DNA from: Marispirochaeta sp.
GTDB lineage: Bacteria > Spirochaetota > Spirochaetia > JC444 > Marispirochaetaceae
Length of the DNA stretch: 64,000 nt
Assembly (NCBI GenBank): GCA_963676835.2
Contig: CAXXFF010000001.1
Location: forward strand, 576,001-640,000
Direction of reading: 5' to 3'
Shown piece after piece: positions 39,516-48,928 of this stretch (position 1 is its first letter; each line of letters starts with the position of its first letter). Made by a program: the position numbers and the translations under genes. The notes beneath the pieces were generated by a model that ran no database searches, had not been told where the DNA came from, and worked only from the letters and a program-made list of their open reading frames with translations.

Positions 39516-40377
39516 CGTCAATCCCCCTCGCCCGGTAAACAACTTCTCCGGTACGGAAATCAAGTTCCTCCAGAGATCCAAGTAATCCCTGACGCTTTAC
39601 AACGTCTATTACCAGAAGGATACTGCGCATCATCTCTTTCGTAAGCTCAGGGCCGGTTCTGACCCTTAAATGCTCATGTCCGGGAAAAAGCACAACTTCG
39701 TAACCGGCTGTACTCTTTTTAACGAATTTTATCTCACTGATCAAGTTATACAGCCGGGGGGCCTCTTCCCGTAGAGCAGAAAGCTGCACAAGATACCCGG
39801 TAAGCTCTTCCGGAAACCTCATCCCCGGACGTACATCAAGCACCCGCACTCCGGAAAGTACAGGCATGGAAGCATTTCCTTCGGCGGAAGCAGCGGGAAG
39901 AATATAGCCCTGATTATCCACGTAAAAAAGTCTGCTTTTACCGTCTACTTCAGCAAACACCGAAGCCAGAGGTCTGCGGCTGGCAACAGTGATACTAACC
40001 TTGTCGGGAAAATGTTTTTCCACAACTGCAGTCCTGATAACCGGATGAGCCATAAGCCGGTCTGCAACTGCCGCTTCACTGACATTAAGATACGAAAGAG
40101 GACCTTCCATGCCGGCTATTTTGAGAATTTCCGTGTCCGTCAGGGAACAATAGCCTTCAGCGCTGACTTCAACCTTCCTGACAACCAGTCGGGGAGATAT
40201 AACAAGGTGAAAGACAAGCTCTCCAGCCAGGGTGAGCGAAAGGAGCACTATCAATACGGATAGAATCTTATTCAGGTTCAGCCTTTTTACCTGTGAGGAA
40301 CTCTTTTCCATAACCCTCTTCCTGGCAGGTTCCTGATTTTCAGCATAGTACCTTTCGTACACAGCAAAACTACTCAT
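39502..40377 (-). CDS. ftsQ: Cell division protein FtsQ/DivIB
   Basis: TM helix plus POTRA domain (KHFPDKVSITV), C-terminal LDFR; lies between ftsW and ftsA. Confidence 0.85.
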   Translation of the reverse strand: MSSFAVYERYYAENQEPARKRVMEKSSSQVKRLNLNKILSVLIVLLSLTLAGELVFHLVISPRLVVRKVEVSAEGYCSLTDTEILKIAGMEGPLSYLNVSEAAVADRLMAHPVIRTAVVEKHFPDKVSITVASRRPLASVFAEVDGKSRLFYVDNQGYILPAASAEGNASMPVLSGVRVLDVRPGMRFPEELTGYLVQLSALREEAPRLYNLISEIKFVKKSTAGYEVVLFPGHEHLRVRTGPELTKEMMRSILLVIDVVKRQGLLGSLEELDFRTGEVVYRARGIDGAER

Positions 40378-41494
40378 TACTTACACCTCTTGAAATATTC
40401 ATTATTAAGCCGCACATAAGGAGGGTAACAATCAGTGAAGTTCCTCCGGACGAAAAGAAGGGAAGCGGAATACCTGTTGCAGGCACAAGCCCAGCAACTA
40501 CGGCGATATTAAACATGGCCTGAAAAAAGATCGCAGTAACACAGCCGAAACCGAGAAGAAAAGAGAAAGAATCCTTACTGCGCAGAGCAATTCCATAGCC
40601 CCGAACGGCAAAAAGAACAAACACCGCGGTTATGGCAATTACACCGAGAAGCCCGGTCTCTTCTCCGAGAACTGCAAACACAAAGTCGGAATGTGCTTCA
40701 GGAAGCCCTCCGATTTTTTCCGTTCCCCGGCCGAGGCCTACACCGAAAAGACCACCCTTCACCAGGGCATCCCTGGCTGCAAGCACCTGGTAGCCCGTAC
40801 CGGAAGGGTCCAGTTCCGGCCGCAGAAATGCAATAATCCGCTGAACGCGATGTTCTTTGGTAAAAACCAGAACAAAGGCCAGGGGAACCACCGTGGTAGC
40901 CAGAAAAATAAAATAGCTCAACCGGATACCGGAAACAAAGAACATGGCCACACTGACAGAAAGAAGAAAAAATGCAGTGGAAAAATCATTCTGGCCGTAA
41001 ATAGTCATGGTAAAGAGAGAAATAATAATAAGCGGAGGAACCACCGTATTAACCAGATCATCGAGGCGCTCGTTTTTCTTGCTGAAGATATAGGCCAGGT
41101 AGATTATTACCGCAAGCTTGGCAAACTCCGAGGGCTGAAAAGAGTATCCGAAGAGGAGGATCCATCTTCTGGCACCCATGATAGTCCCGCCGATACCCGG
41201 CACAAAAGGAAGCAGAAGCAGTATAAAGCTGCCGAGAAGCAGTACCGGCACCAGGCGGCGCAGATATTCAAAGGAGATCCTGCTCATCAGCACCGCACCG
41301 GCACTTCCTGCAGCAAGATACACCGCATGACGAATAACAAAATGATAGGAATTGCCGAATTGCCGTTCCCCGTAGTAGAACGACGCAGAAAACAGAAATG
41401 CCAGCCCCAGCCCGGCAAGCAGGACTGTAATACCGGCAAAGAGAAAATCCGCAGGGCGGCTGTCAATTTTTTCTACAACAAAGCTTCCGTTCAT
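40370..41494 (-). CDS. ftsW: SEDS protein FtsW
   Basis: GARRWI..FQPSEFAK, LPEAHSDF, TGIPLPFFSSGG. Confidence 0.95.
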   Translation of the reverse strand: MNGSFVVEKIDSRPADFLFAGITVLLAGLGLAFLFSASFYYGERQFGNSYHFVIRHAVYLAAGSAGAVLMSRISFEYLRRLVPVLLLGSFILLLLPFVPGIGGTIMGARRWILLFGYSFQPSEFAKLAVIIYLAYIFSKKNERLDDLVNTVVPPLIIISLFTMTIYGQNDFSTAFFLLSVSVAMFFVSGIRLSYFIFLATTVVPLAFVLVFTKEHRVQRIIAFLRPELDPSGTGYQVLAARDALVKGGLFGVGLGRGTEKIGGLPEAHSDFVFAVLGEETGLLGVIAITAVFVLFAVRGYGIALRSKDSFSFLLGFGCVTAIFFQAMFNIAVVAGLVPATGIPLPFFSSGGTSLIVTLLMCGLIMNISRGVSNE

Positions 41495-42573
41495 TATTGC
41501 AACTTCAGGGTCGAGAGACTCAAGATGGTAAAAAGGGCTCCGAGAATCCAGAACCGTATTACAACCTTGCTTTCGTCCCATCCTTTGAGCTCAAAGTGAT
41601 GATGAAGGGGCGCCATCTTAAACACCCGCTTTTTTCTCAGCTTGTAAGAAACCACCTGAATAATTACCGACATGGCTTCAAGAACAAAAACCCCGCCGAC
41701 AATAATAAGGAGCACCTCTTTCTTGATAATAAGAGCCAGCACGCCCAGAACTCCGCCAAGGGCAAGACTGCCTGTATCACCCATAAAGACTTCTGCAGGA
41801 TGTGCGTTATACCAGAGAAATCCCACACTGGCTCCCACAAGAGCCAGACAGGGAATAGTAAGCTCCCCGCCTTCCCTGATGTAGGGAATAAGCAGATACT
41901 CAGCATAATCCGCCCGCCCGGTAAGATAGGTAAGAATAGTAAAGGCAATCCCTACAAGAATAACCAGGCCAATGGCAAGTCCATCCAGACCGTCCGTAAG
42001 ATTGACTGCATTTGAGGTAAAAACCAGCAGCATCACCGCAAAGGGAATATAGAGAACTCCAAGATCTACAACAGGATGCTTGAAAAAGGGCAGATACAGC
42101 AGCGTGGTGTATTCCGTTCGGTTAAGGTAGAGAAAAACCACCACAACCGATGCAATCAGTATCTGCAGAGTAAACTTGCCTTTCACACTTAAGCCTTCAG
42201 AACTTCTGCGCTTTATTTTCAGGATATCATCCATAAAGCCGATAAACGCAAAACCCAAAAGAGCTCCCATGGTAATCCAGACGTAAAGGTTATGCAGATC
42301 CTGCCAGAGAAATACCGCAAGAGCCATGGAGATAATTACAAGAAGACCACCCATGGTAGGTGTTCCGGATTTGACCATATGGCTCTCGGGGCCGTCATCC
42401 CGTATTGACTGCCCGAATTTCAGACGACGCAGAAACTGAATCATCCTGGGTCCGAGAATAAACGAGATAAACAGGGCGGTTACCGCAGCATAAGCCCCGC
42501 GGAAGGTTATGTACTGAAAAATATTAAACGCTGATATGTACGAAACCAGCGGCAACAGCAGTTCCTTAAGCAT
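41494..42573 (-). CDS. mraY: Phospho-MurNAc-pentapeptide transferase MraY
   Basis: GTPTMGG, NLTDGLDGL, FMGDTGS, APLHHHFE. Confidence 0.97.
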   Translation of the reverse strand: MLKELLLPLVSYISAFNIFQYITFRGAYAAVTALFISFILGPRMIQFLRRLKFGQSIRDDGPESHMVKSGTPTMGGLLVIISMALAVFLWQDLHNLYVWITMGALLGFAFIGFMDDILKIKRRSSEGLSVKGKFTLQILIASVVVVFLYLNRTEYTTLLYLPFFKHPVVDLGVLYIPFAVMLLVFTSNAVNLTDGLDGLAIGLVILVGIAFTILTYLTGRADYAEYLLIPYIREGGELTIPCLALVGASVGFLWYNAHPAEVFMGDTGSLALGGVLGVLALIIKKEVLLIIVGGVFVLEAMSVIIQVVSYKLRKKRVFKMAPLHHHFELKGWDESKVVIRFWILGALFTILSLSTLKLQ

Positions 42574-43969
42574 TGCTGCCCTCCTTTTCAGCCGCCGTCA
42601 CACTGGCTGCGAGCCGTTCAAGCCCCGTCGACCGGGAACCTTTCAGGTAGACAAAATCGCCCGGAAGGAGATAGGCACGAAACTTCTCATCCAGGGAATC
42701 AAAATCGTCATAATAAAAGCCCGCTGCACCGCAGGCAGTTCGGTATCGTTCAAAAGATGTATTCGCCTCTTCGCCGAAAAAGAACCAGGCATCGAATCCG
42801 CTATCTGCACACAGCCTTCCTGCATCATCATGAAGCTCTTCTGCATATTCACCAAGCTCCTTCATGGCTCCGAGTACACCTATACGGCGACCTTCGCGAC
42901 GGGCAGAATCATTCACAGAAGCGATTCCGGCGGCAAGGCTCTCAAAATTGGCATTGTAGCAGTCCTGCAGGATAGTAAGATCCTCATACTTTAGTATCTG
43001 CCCCCGGCCGAAAGCAGGAGCGGCTTTTTCAAGCCCCGCCGCTATCGCATCGTCCGAAGCCCCGCATACCTGGGCTACAGAAACCGCAGCACAGGCATTT
43101 ATCAGGTTATGATACCCGGGATAATTCAAAGCAACAGACCGGCCCCGGTACACAAGCACTCCCCCATCAACACCCCGGCTTTCAAGGGATTCAATACCGT
43201 CCGTACTGTCAGGGCCGAAGAAGCTGAAGGTTCCCGGTTTACCGGCAACCATTTGCGCCGCGAAGGGCTCGTTTTCCCAGACCAGCCCCCGGGAAGAGGA
43301 ATCAAAACAGGAAAACACCGCTGCCTTCTCTTCCGCAATAGCCTCTCTGGACCCGAACATACCGATATGGGCTGTTCCAATATTGGTAACCAGAGCCACC
43401 GAAGGCTTCAGAAGATCTGAAAGAAGGGCGATCTCACCTTTCCTGTTGGATCCAAGCTCAAAAACTCCATAAACATGTTCCGATCTGAGTCCGAAAACGG
43501 AAAGAGGCAATCCGATTTCTGAATTGAAATTACCCCGGGTAACATAAGTACTGCCCCACTCGGAAAGAATGGAGGCAATCATGTCACGGGTACTGGTTTT
43601 GCCGTTACTTCCGGTTACTGCAACCTTTAATAAGGACGGAAAATTCTCAAGATAACGTCGGGCAAGATTCTGAAGAGCCTCAAGCGGTTCCTCAACCAGA
43701 ATATACGGACCTGCTTGCCTGAATCCCGGGGTAAATTTTTCCCAGCTCGCCTGTTTTACCAGGGCACAGCAGGATCCTGCCGCAAAGGCCTTGAGAAGAA
43801 AGTCATGGCCGTCGGCATTCTCTCCGGGAAGAGCTACAAACAGGTCACCGGCTTTAATGCTTCTTGTATCAATGGAAACCCCGAAGACTTCACCATCAAG
43901 GGCAGGCCCGACAAACTTTCCGCCGCATGCGTCAACGGCGAACTCAAGAGAAAAGAGATAATCAGCCAT
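42566..43969 (-). CDS. murF: MurF ligase
   Basis: TGSNGKTS, NFNSEIGLP, DCYNAN, MKELG, KGSR. Confidence 0.93.
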   Translation of the reverse strand: MADYLFSLEFAVDACGGKFVGPALDGEVFGVSIDTRSIKAGDLFVALPGENADGHDFLLKAFAAGSCCALVKQASWEKFTPGFRQAGPYILVEEPLEALQNLARRYLENFPSLLKVAVTGSNGKTSTRDMIASILSEWGSTYVTRGNFNSEIGLPLSVFGLRSEHVYGVFELGSNRKGEIALLSDLLKPSVALVTNIGTAHIGMFGSREAIAEEKAAVFSCFDSSSRGLVWENEPFAAQMVAGKPGTFSFFGPDSTDGIESLESRGVDGGVLVYRGRSVALNYPGYHNLINACAAVSVAQVCGASDDAIAAGLEKAAPAFGRGQILKYEDLTILQDCYNANFESLAAGIASVNDSARREGRRIGVLGAMKELGEYAEELHDDAGRLCADSGFDAWFFFGEEANTSFERYRTACGAAGFYYDDFDSLDEKFRAYLLPGDFVYLKGSRSTGLERLAASVTAAEKEGSNA

Positions 43970-44243
43970 CACCGCCACCCGCTCCAAGGCGGACAGAAAG
44001 CTTCTGATCCCTCCCGGCCTTTTTAAGATCCAGTTCCCGGGCAAGCTCATCTATACGGGAAGGAGAAGATGCAACGGCAATGTTCACAATCATAAGTTTA
44101 TTTTCTTCAAACCACTGCTGCTGTTCATCCTGAAGGCGGGAGATACGCCGCTCCATTTCCCAGAAGCGAAACCCCTGCCAGACATTAACAAAAATCAGCG
44201 ATGGAATGGATAACAGTAAAACAAAAATCAACAGACGCTTCAT
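43962..44243 (-). CDS. ftsL: Cell division protein FtsL-like
   Basis: TM helix plus coiled coil, SSPSRIDELA; follows rsmH. Confidence 0.75.
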   Translation of the reverse strand: MKRLLIFVLLLSIPSLIFVNVWQGFRFWEMERRISRLQDEQQQWFEENKLMIVNIAVASSPSRIDELARELDLKKAGRDQKLSVRLGAGGGDG

Positions 44244-44244
44244 A

Positions 44245-45192
44245 CTACTCCCACTCTTTCATCTTCCGGGCAACCCGGAATTTGGCACTGCGGGAAGGGC
44301 CATTGGATTCTATCTCCGCCTGGGTAGGCACCAGGGGTTTTCTGGTAAGAATAGAGACAATCGGCTCTCCCTCACATTTACACATCGGCCAATCCGGGGG
44401 ACAAGTACAGGTCTTATTCTTTCCCTGAAAGAAACGTTTTACAATGCGGTCTTCAAGACTGTGAAAAGAGATAACCCCCATAACCCCGCCGGGGGCAAGT
44501 CTGCGCAGGGCATACTCGAGGGCCTGCTCCAGCCTTACCAGCTCGCCGTTAACAGCAATACGCAGGGCCTGAAATGATCGGGTTGCCGGATGAAGCCGCC
44601 CTTTACGGTACCCAACAGGCACAGCCTGCCAGATAATCTTTTCAAGACGGTCGGTGGTGGTGATCTCTTCATCCGCCCGGGCCCGAACCACCGCTGCCGC
44701 TATTCTCCGGGAATAGCGCTCTTCCCCGTAATGATAAAAGATATCCGCGAGCTGATCCTCGGGATAATCATTCACGATGTCTGCAGCGGTGGTTTCGAGA
44801 CTGCCGTCAAGCCGCATATCCAGCGGCTCATCGGCGCGGAAGGTAAATCCCCTGCCGCTTTTTTCAAAGTGGTAGACAGAAATACCCAGATCGAAAAGTA
44901 TACGAGTCGGACGTTCCCCTCCCAAAGGATAATCCTTAAAAAACGCATTAAACCAGGTGTTATAAAAGCGGACCCTGTCGCCAAACAGGGCAAGCCTTTT
45001 CCTGGCAACCCCCTGAATGGTTGTGTCCGCATCGAGTCCGATAACTTTTAATTTCGGGAATTGCCTGAGAAACAGCTCAGAATGACCGCCTTCTCCCATG
45101 GTACAGTCCACAAGCAGCCCGCCCTCTTCATCGGGGGCAAGATACTCGAGAACTTCATTGGCCATTACTGGTACATGAACAATATCCGACAT
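44245..45192 (-). CDS. rsmH: 16S rRNA m4C1402 methyltransferase RsmH
   Basis: HVPVM, DCTMGEGGHS, PLDMRL, FQALRIAVN.EL, SFHSLEDRIVK. Confidence 0.97.
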   Translation of the reverse strand: MSDIVHVPVMANEVLEYLAPDEEGGLLVDCTMGEGGHSELFLRQFPKLKVIGLDADTTIQGVARKRLALFGDRVRFYNTWFNAFFKDYPLGGERPTRILFDLGISVYHFEKSGRGFTFRADEPLDMRLDGSLETTAADIVNDYPEDQLADIFYHYGEERYSRRIAAAVVRARADEEITTTDRLEKIIWQAVPVGYRKGRLHPATRSFQALRIAVNGELVRLEQALEYALRRLAPGGVMGVISFHSLEDRIVKRFFQGKNKTCTCPPDWPMCKCEGEPIVSILTRKPLVPTQAEIESNGPSRSAKFRVARKMKEWE

Positions 45193-45269
45193 TAAAAGCT
45201 ACCAACCTTGTATCGAAATTAACATTAAACAGCCTCGAAACACTCCCCTGCTTCGGGCATCCATTACCA

Positions 45270-45710
45270 TCAGAGAGAAAGAATCTTGCCAAGCTCCTCC
45301 GCAGCCTCAAGAAATTCTTCCTCATTATCCTCGAGGTCCTGCACATAGGCTGCCTCGTTCCAGATCTCAATATAGTTTTCAAGACCGAGAATCACCGTAT
45401 CCTTGGAAAGGTCAGCATATTCCCGCAAGGTCGGCGGAACCGTTATTCTGCCGGCCTTATCGATCTCAACTTCCTGAGCAGGAGCAATTATCCTGCGCTT
45501 GAGGATTCTCGCCCGCTTCTGAAAAAGGGAGGTGGACTGGGTAATCTGATCCGCCAGAGACTTCCATTGCTCCGCCGGAAACAACCAGAGGCACGACTCA
45601 ACTCCCCGGGTAAGCACCAACTGCTCACCTTCCAGCTCCGTCCTGAGCTTAGACGGAATCAGGAGCCGCCCCTTGTCATCCAGGGAGTTTTTATATTCCC
45701 CCGTCAGCAC
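45270..45710 (-). CDS. mraZ: Transcriptional regulator MraZ
   Basis: LDDKGRLLIP and IDKAGRITVP motifs. Confidence 0.96.
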   Translation of the reverse strand: MLTGEYKNSLDDKGRLLIPSKLRTELEGEQLVLTRGVESCLWLFPAEQWKSLADQITQSTSLFQKRARILKRRIIAPAQEVEIDKAGRITVPPTLREYADLSKDTVILGLENYIEIWNEAAYVQDLEDNEEEFLEAAEELGKILSL

Positions 45711-45717
45711 CCTTCTC

Positions 45718-45791
45718 TACCACTTTCTTCTACAATCTCCCACTTTTCCCCACTCATATATACATACTAACCCAGTGAGAAAATTTGTCAA
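45718..45791 (-). promoter_or_regulatory. mraZ promoter with four MraZ boxes at 10-bp period
   Basis: Minus strand TTGACA-N16-TAGTAT, then GTGGGG-N4-GTGGGA-N4-GTAGAA-N4-GTGGTA. Confidence 0.8.
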
Positions 45792-45912
45792 CGCGAAACC
45801 TTTTCCATTAAAGTATTTAGACTTCCTGTCCGATACTTATGCCTTTACGTCTGTGTAGTAGTCAATAAATGCGGTCTCGGTAATCATTCATTACCCGCCG
45901 CAGGAGGAGATT

Positions 45913-46203
45913 GTGTCTATATACAGGGTGCATTTTACCTGGAAAAACAAGGAAGCAAGCCTGAGAGCACGGAGCCTCGACCTGACTCATCCCTACTTCG
46001 TCTCAATCAAGGATATAATCCTGCCGAAAAACAGCAGTCTGATCATAAATCCCGCCGAGGATGAGTTTCGCAAAGAGTTCTCCGAGGCTAATCATCTCAT
46101 GATACCCTTTCAGAGCGTTTCACTTATTGAGGAATTGAGCGATGAGACGGGAGAAAACAGACGGACCCTGAACTTTGTAAAGACAGAAGAGGCTGAACCG
46201 TGA
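45913..46203 (+). CDS. DUF1820-like protein
   Basis: AGGAGG RBS; IYRVHF...LIINPAEDEFRKEF...IPFQSVSLIEE pattern. Confidence 0.7.
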   Translation: MSIYRVHFTWKNKEASLRARSLDLTHPYFVSIKDIILPKNSSLIINPAEDEFRKEFSEANHLMIPFQSVSLIEELSDETGENRRTLNFVKTEEAEP

Positions 46204-46451
46204 CGCTGTATGAAAATTATATCGTATACCCCGAAGGGGAACGCCAGGAGATTCAGAGATCACTGCAGATCAACCAGGTAGTCGACCTGAACGGAAGCCC
46301 CCTGCATATATCGTGGCCGCCCCCCAGGGTGATTGCCTACCGCATACATCGGGTCAGCACCCGGGAGGAACGGGGATATCAGAGACGGTATCATTATGCG
46401 GAGCTGATGAGTATGGCCGAACTTCAGAGCTATGCCCGGGGCGGAGGCTGA
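46200..46451 (+). CDS. Hypothetical protein
   Basis: GTGA overlap with the upstream gene; fills an otherwise free gap. Confidence 0.7.
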   Translation: MTLYENYIVYPEGERQEIQRSLQINQVVDLNGSPLHISWPPPRVIAYRIHRVSTREERGYQRRYHYAELMSMAELQSYARGGG

Positions 46452-46454
46452 TCT

Positions 46455-46472
46455 ACCCGCCGCCGGGTTTTT
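46455..46472 (+). terminator. Possible weak intrinsic terminator
   Basis: ACCCG-CCGC-CGGGT followed by TTTT, between convergent genes. Confidence 0.35.
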
Positions 46473-46493
46473 AAACGCCCAGACTTAAAAAGG

Positions 46494-48080
46494 TCAAACC
46501 TGCTTGAAGATCCTGTAGTCAATATCCGGAAAAACGTTGTTCTTCTTTTCTATGGAAGTAATCCATTCAGTATCCACAGTATTCCTGCAGAGATTGTCAT
46601 AGATACGGGTAAAGTTGGAAAGATGCTCCTTTACCCTCTTTCTGGCATAGGGAACAGTGGTACCGGTCTTCATAATAAAAGGCCAGTCTGAAGCCTGGGA
46701 AAGAAGAACTTCCCGGGCAGCCTGATTCAGAACCCTCAGCTTGAGACCGCTCTCATTCGGATAGCGCTTGACCAGATCCCGCATGCGCTCCACAGCTTTG
46801 TGCACATGACGGTAAATCCAGTCATTGCTGCCGTCAATCCAGACCTCGGCATATCCCTTGTTTCCCCAGCTCGAGAAGGTCGGCTGACCCACGGGGTTTT
46901 CCGGATAAAGCTCAAGATACTGAGAGGGAGTAATCATCTCCAGACCGGAATCACTTTGAGCGGCCTGCCGGATTATTGTCTCCAGCCACTGGGGTCCTTC
47001 AAACCACCAGTGCCCGAAAAGCTCCGCATCATAGGGACAGACAATCATGGGAGGACGATCCATAAATCGCTGCAGCTTGGAAGCCTGCTTCATCCGGTTG
47101 TACAGAAAATTCTCCGCATGCTCTGCGGTCTTGGCCAGTGCAATCTCCGGATCATAGGGCCGCTTCTTATCGGTTTTGCCGGTAATGGCGAAATATTTGA
47201 ATCCCGTATATATCCGTATGTCGTTGTCGTGAATATAGGGACGGATGTAATCGATAGGCAGATCAAAGCCGATATCCCGATAAAACTCCCTGTAGGCAAA
47301 ATCTCCAGGATAGCCTTCATCTTCCGACCATACCGCCCTTGACGAGGGGATATCCCTGCCGAAAAGGGGCAGACCGTTGGAACACTCCATGGGCGCATAG
47401 ATGCCGTAGGGAGATTTGGTATCGGAGAACAGTATTCCATGGGGAGAAGCAAAACTGTAGCCCAGATTATAGTGTTTGATGTACTTTTCCACTCCGGGGA
47501 AATAGCCGCATTCGGGCAGCCAGAACCCTTTGGGAGCGGAACCGAAGGTACGGCCGTGGCTGATTACTGCGGTGTGAATCTGGGCTTCCACTGTTTCGGG
47601 GTATTCTTCGAAATTGGGAAGAAAAGCATGACTCGCCGCAGTGGTAATCAGCTCAAGGTGGCCGGATTTCTCCAGCTCCCTGAATCCTTTAAGTATGTTG
47701 TTCTTATATACTTGAGTAAAATCAGCGTAGTTCTCATCCAGCATCTCTTTATACATCCGCACCACCGGATGAAAATCGGGATCATCCTTGGTACGGACGA
47801 GTTCCTTACTGGCAAGCTCCAGCTGACGTTCAAGATGCGCTATATAACGCTCCTGCAGGAGTGAATCATTCAGCATGGAAGAGAGGGTAGGAGAAACCGA
47901 AATGGTCAGCCTGAAGGGAACATCATCCCGTTTCAGGGCATTAAAACGCCTCAGAAGAGGCAGATAGGTTTCGGAAATAGCTTCAAACAGCCAGTTTTCC
48001 TCAAGAAACTGTTCATGCTCCGGGTGCCTAACAAAGGGAAGATGAGCATGTAAAACAAAACAGAGATATCCTTTAGCCAT
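46494..48080 (-). CDS. GH57 1,4-alpha-glucan branching enzyme-like protein
   Basis: HAHLPFVRH, ETYLPL, nucleophile WLPEC, acid/base YDAELFGHWW, QASDWPF. Confidence 0.9.
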   Translation of the reverse strand: MAKGYLCFVLHAHLPFVRHPEHEQFLEENWLFEAISETYLPLLRRFNALKRDDVPFRLTISVSPTLSSMLNDSLLQERYIAHLERQLELASKELVRTKDDPDFHPVVRMYKEMLDENYADFTQVYKNNILKGFRELEKSGHLELITTAASHAFLPNFEEYPETVEAQIHTAVISHGRTFGSAPKGFWLPECGYFPGVEKYIKHYNLGYSFASPHGILFSDTKSPYGIYAPMECSNGLPLFGRDIPSSRAVWSEDEGYPGDFAYREFYRDIGFDLPIDYIRPYIHDNDIRIYTGFKYFAITGKTDKKRPYDPEIALAKTAEHAENFLYNRMKQASKLQRFMDRPPMIVCPYDAELFGHWWFEGPQWLETIIRQAAQSDSGLEMITPSQYLELYPENPVGQPTFSSWGNKGYAEVWIDGSNDWIYRHVHKAVERMRDLVKRYPNESGLKLRVLNQAAREVLLSQASDWPFIMKTGTTVPYARKRVKEHLSNFTRIYDNLCRNTVDTEWITSIEKKNNVFPDIDYRIFKQV

Positions 48081-48091
48081 AAACGTTCCCA

Positions 48092-48829
48092 CTAATTTGT
48101 CAAATGTACATACTGGCTGTCAATAAGAGAGATAATCCGCTGAGGGATTTCATCTTCTGCATCTGCAATATTGACATCAAAAAGGCCAGAGAGAAAAAGA
48201 GTCTCAAGCAGAGGGTTCTCGGCAGTTTTGAGCTCTTCCTGAACATCTCCTCTGGGACTGAAGATTACATTGGAACGGCAGAGCCGTTTCACAAAGCCAC
48301 GGGTTTCGGTAATCAGATCAATACAGTATCGGATACCGCTTTCGGGCAGATTGATGTACCAGCAGTCATCGTCCAGGGAGACGGGGATATCGAAATAATC
48401 GGAGTAGCTCTTGGAGGTCAACTCCCCTTCAGGAAGAGAATAGACCCGCAGCGAAAGTGATGTGCCGCCGGCACTCTGGCGGATTTCAGTTGCTTCCGCG
48501 GGAAAAAGTTCCCAGTAGCAGAATGCCCAGAAAGGATCCCGGATCATAAGCACGATCTTGGTCTCGTTGTAGATCTCCGGCAGAACAAACTCATCATCCA
48601 GGGCAGAGATAAAGTCCTCTTCCTGAACAACTTCGTACTTTTTTTCCTTGATGCGCATTGCAAGATTGTTCACTACATCCCGCTCAATACGATCTTCATC
48701 AATAGCCTCGAGAATTTGCTCGATGATATCTTCCCGGTCAAGCGGAGACGACGATACCAGAATACCCTCTCTGCGGGCCAGCTCAAGCAGAATCTCGTCG
48801 GAGAGTTCCAAGAGACGATCTTTAGTCAT
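48092..48829 (-). CDS. DUF4912 domain protein
   Basis: LPEIYNETKIVLMIRDPFWAFCYWE...WYINLP...RSN; adjacent to GH57. Confidence 0.8.
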   Translation of the reverse strand: MTKDRLLELSDEILLELARREGILVSSSPLDREDIIEQILEAIDEDRIERDVVNNLAMRIKEKKYEVVQEEDFISALDDEFVLPEIYNETKIVLMIRDPFWAFCYWELFPAEATEIRQSAGGTSLSLRVYSLPEGELTSKSYSDYFDIPVSLDDDCWYINLPESGIRYCIDLITETRGFVKRLCRSNVIFSPRGDVQEELKTAENPLLETLFLSGLFDVNIADAEDEIPQRIISLIDSQYVHLTN

Positions 48830-48854
48830 GCATTCCTCCCACGGACACGGGCAA

Positions 48855-48883
48855 AGTCTAGGAAAAAGGGACAGACCTGTCAA
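48855..48883 (-). promoter_or_regulatory. sigma-70 promoter for DUF4912-GH57
   Basis: TTGACA-N17-TAGACT followed by a GGGAGG RBS. Confidence 0.7.
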
Positions 48884-48928
48884 GACCTTAAAAAAAGCGG
48901 CGCTCTACAAATCTTCCTCTATAAAAAG

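Noticed and set aside
36988..45710. Missing ftsI, murE, murD, murG, murC and ddl in the dcw cluster
   Set aside because: A reduced dcw cluster is normal for spirochaetes.
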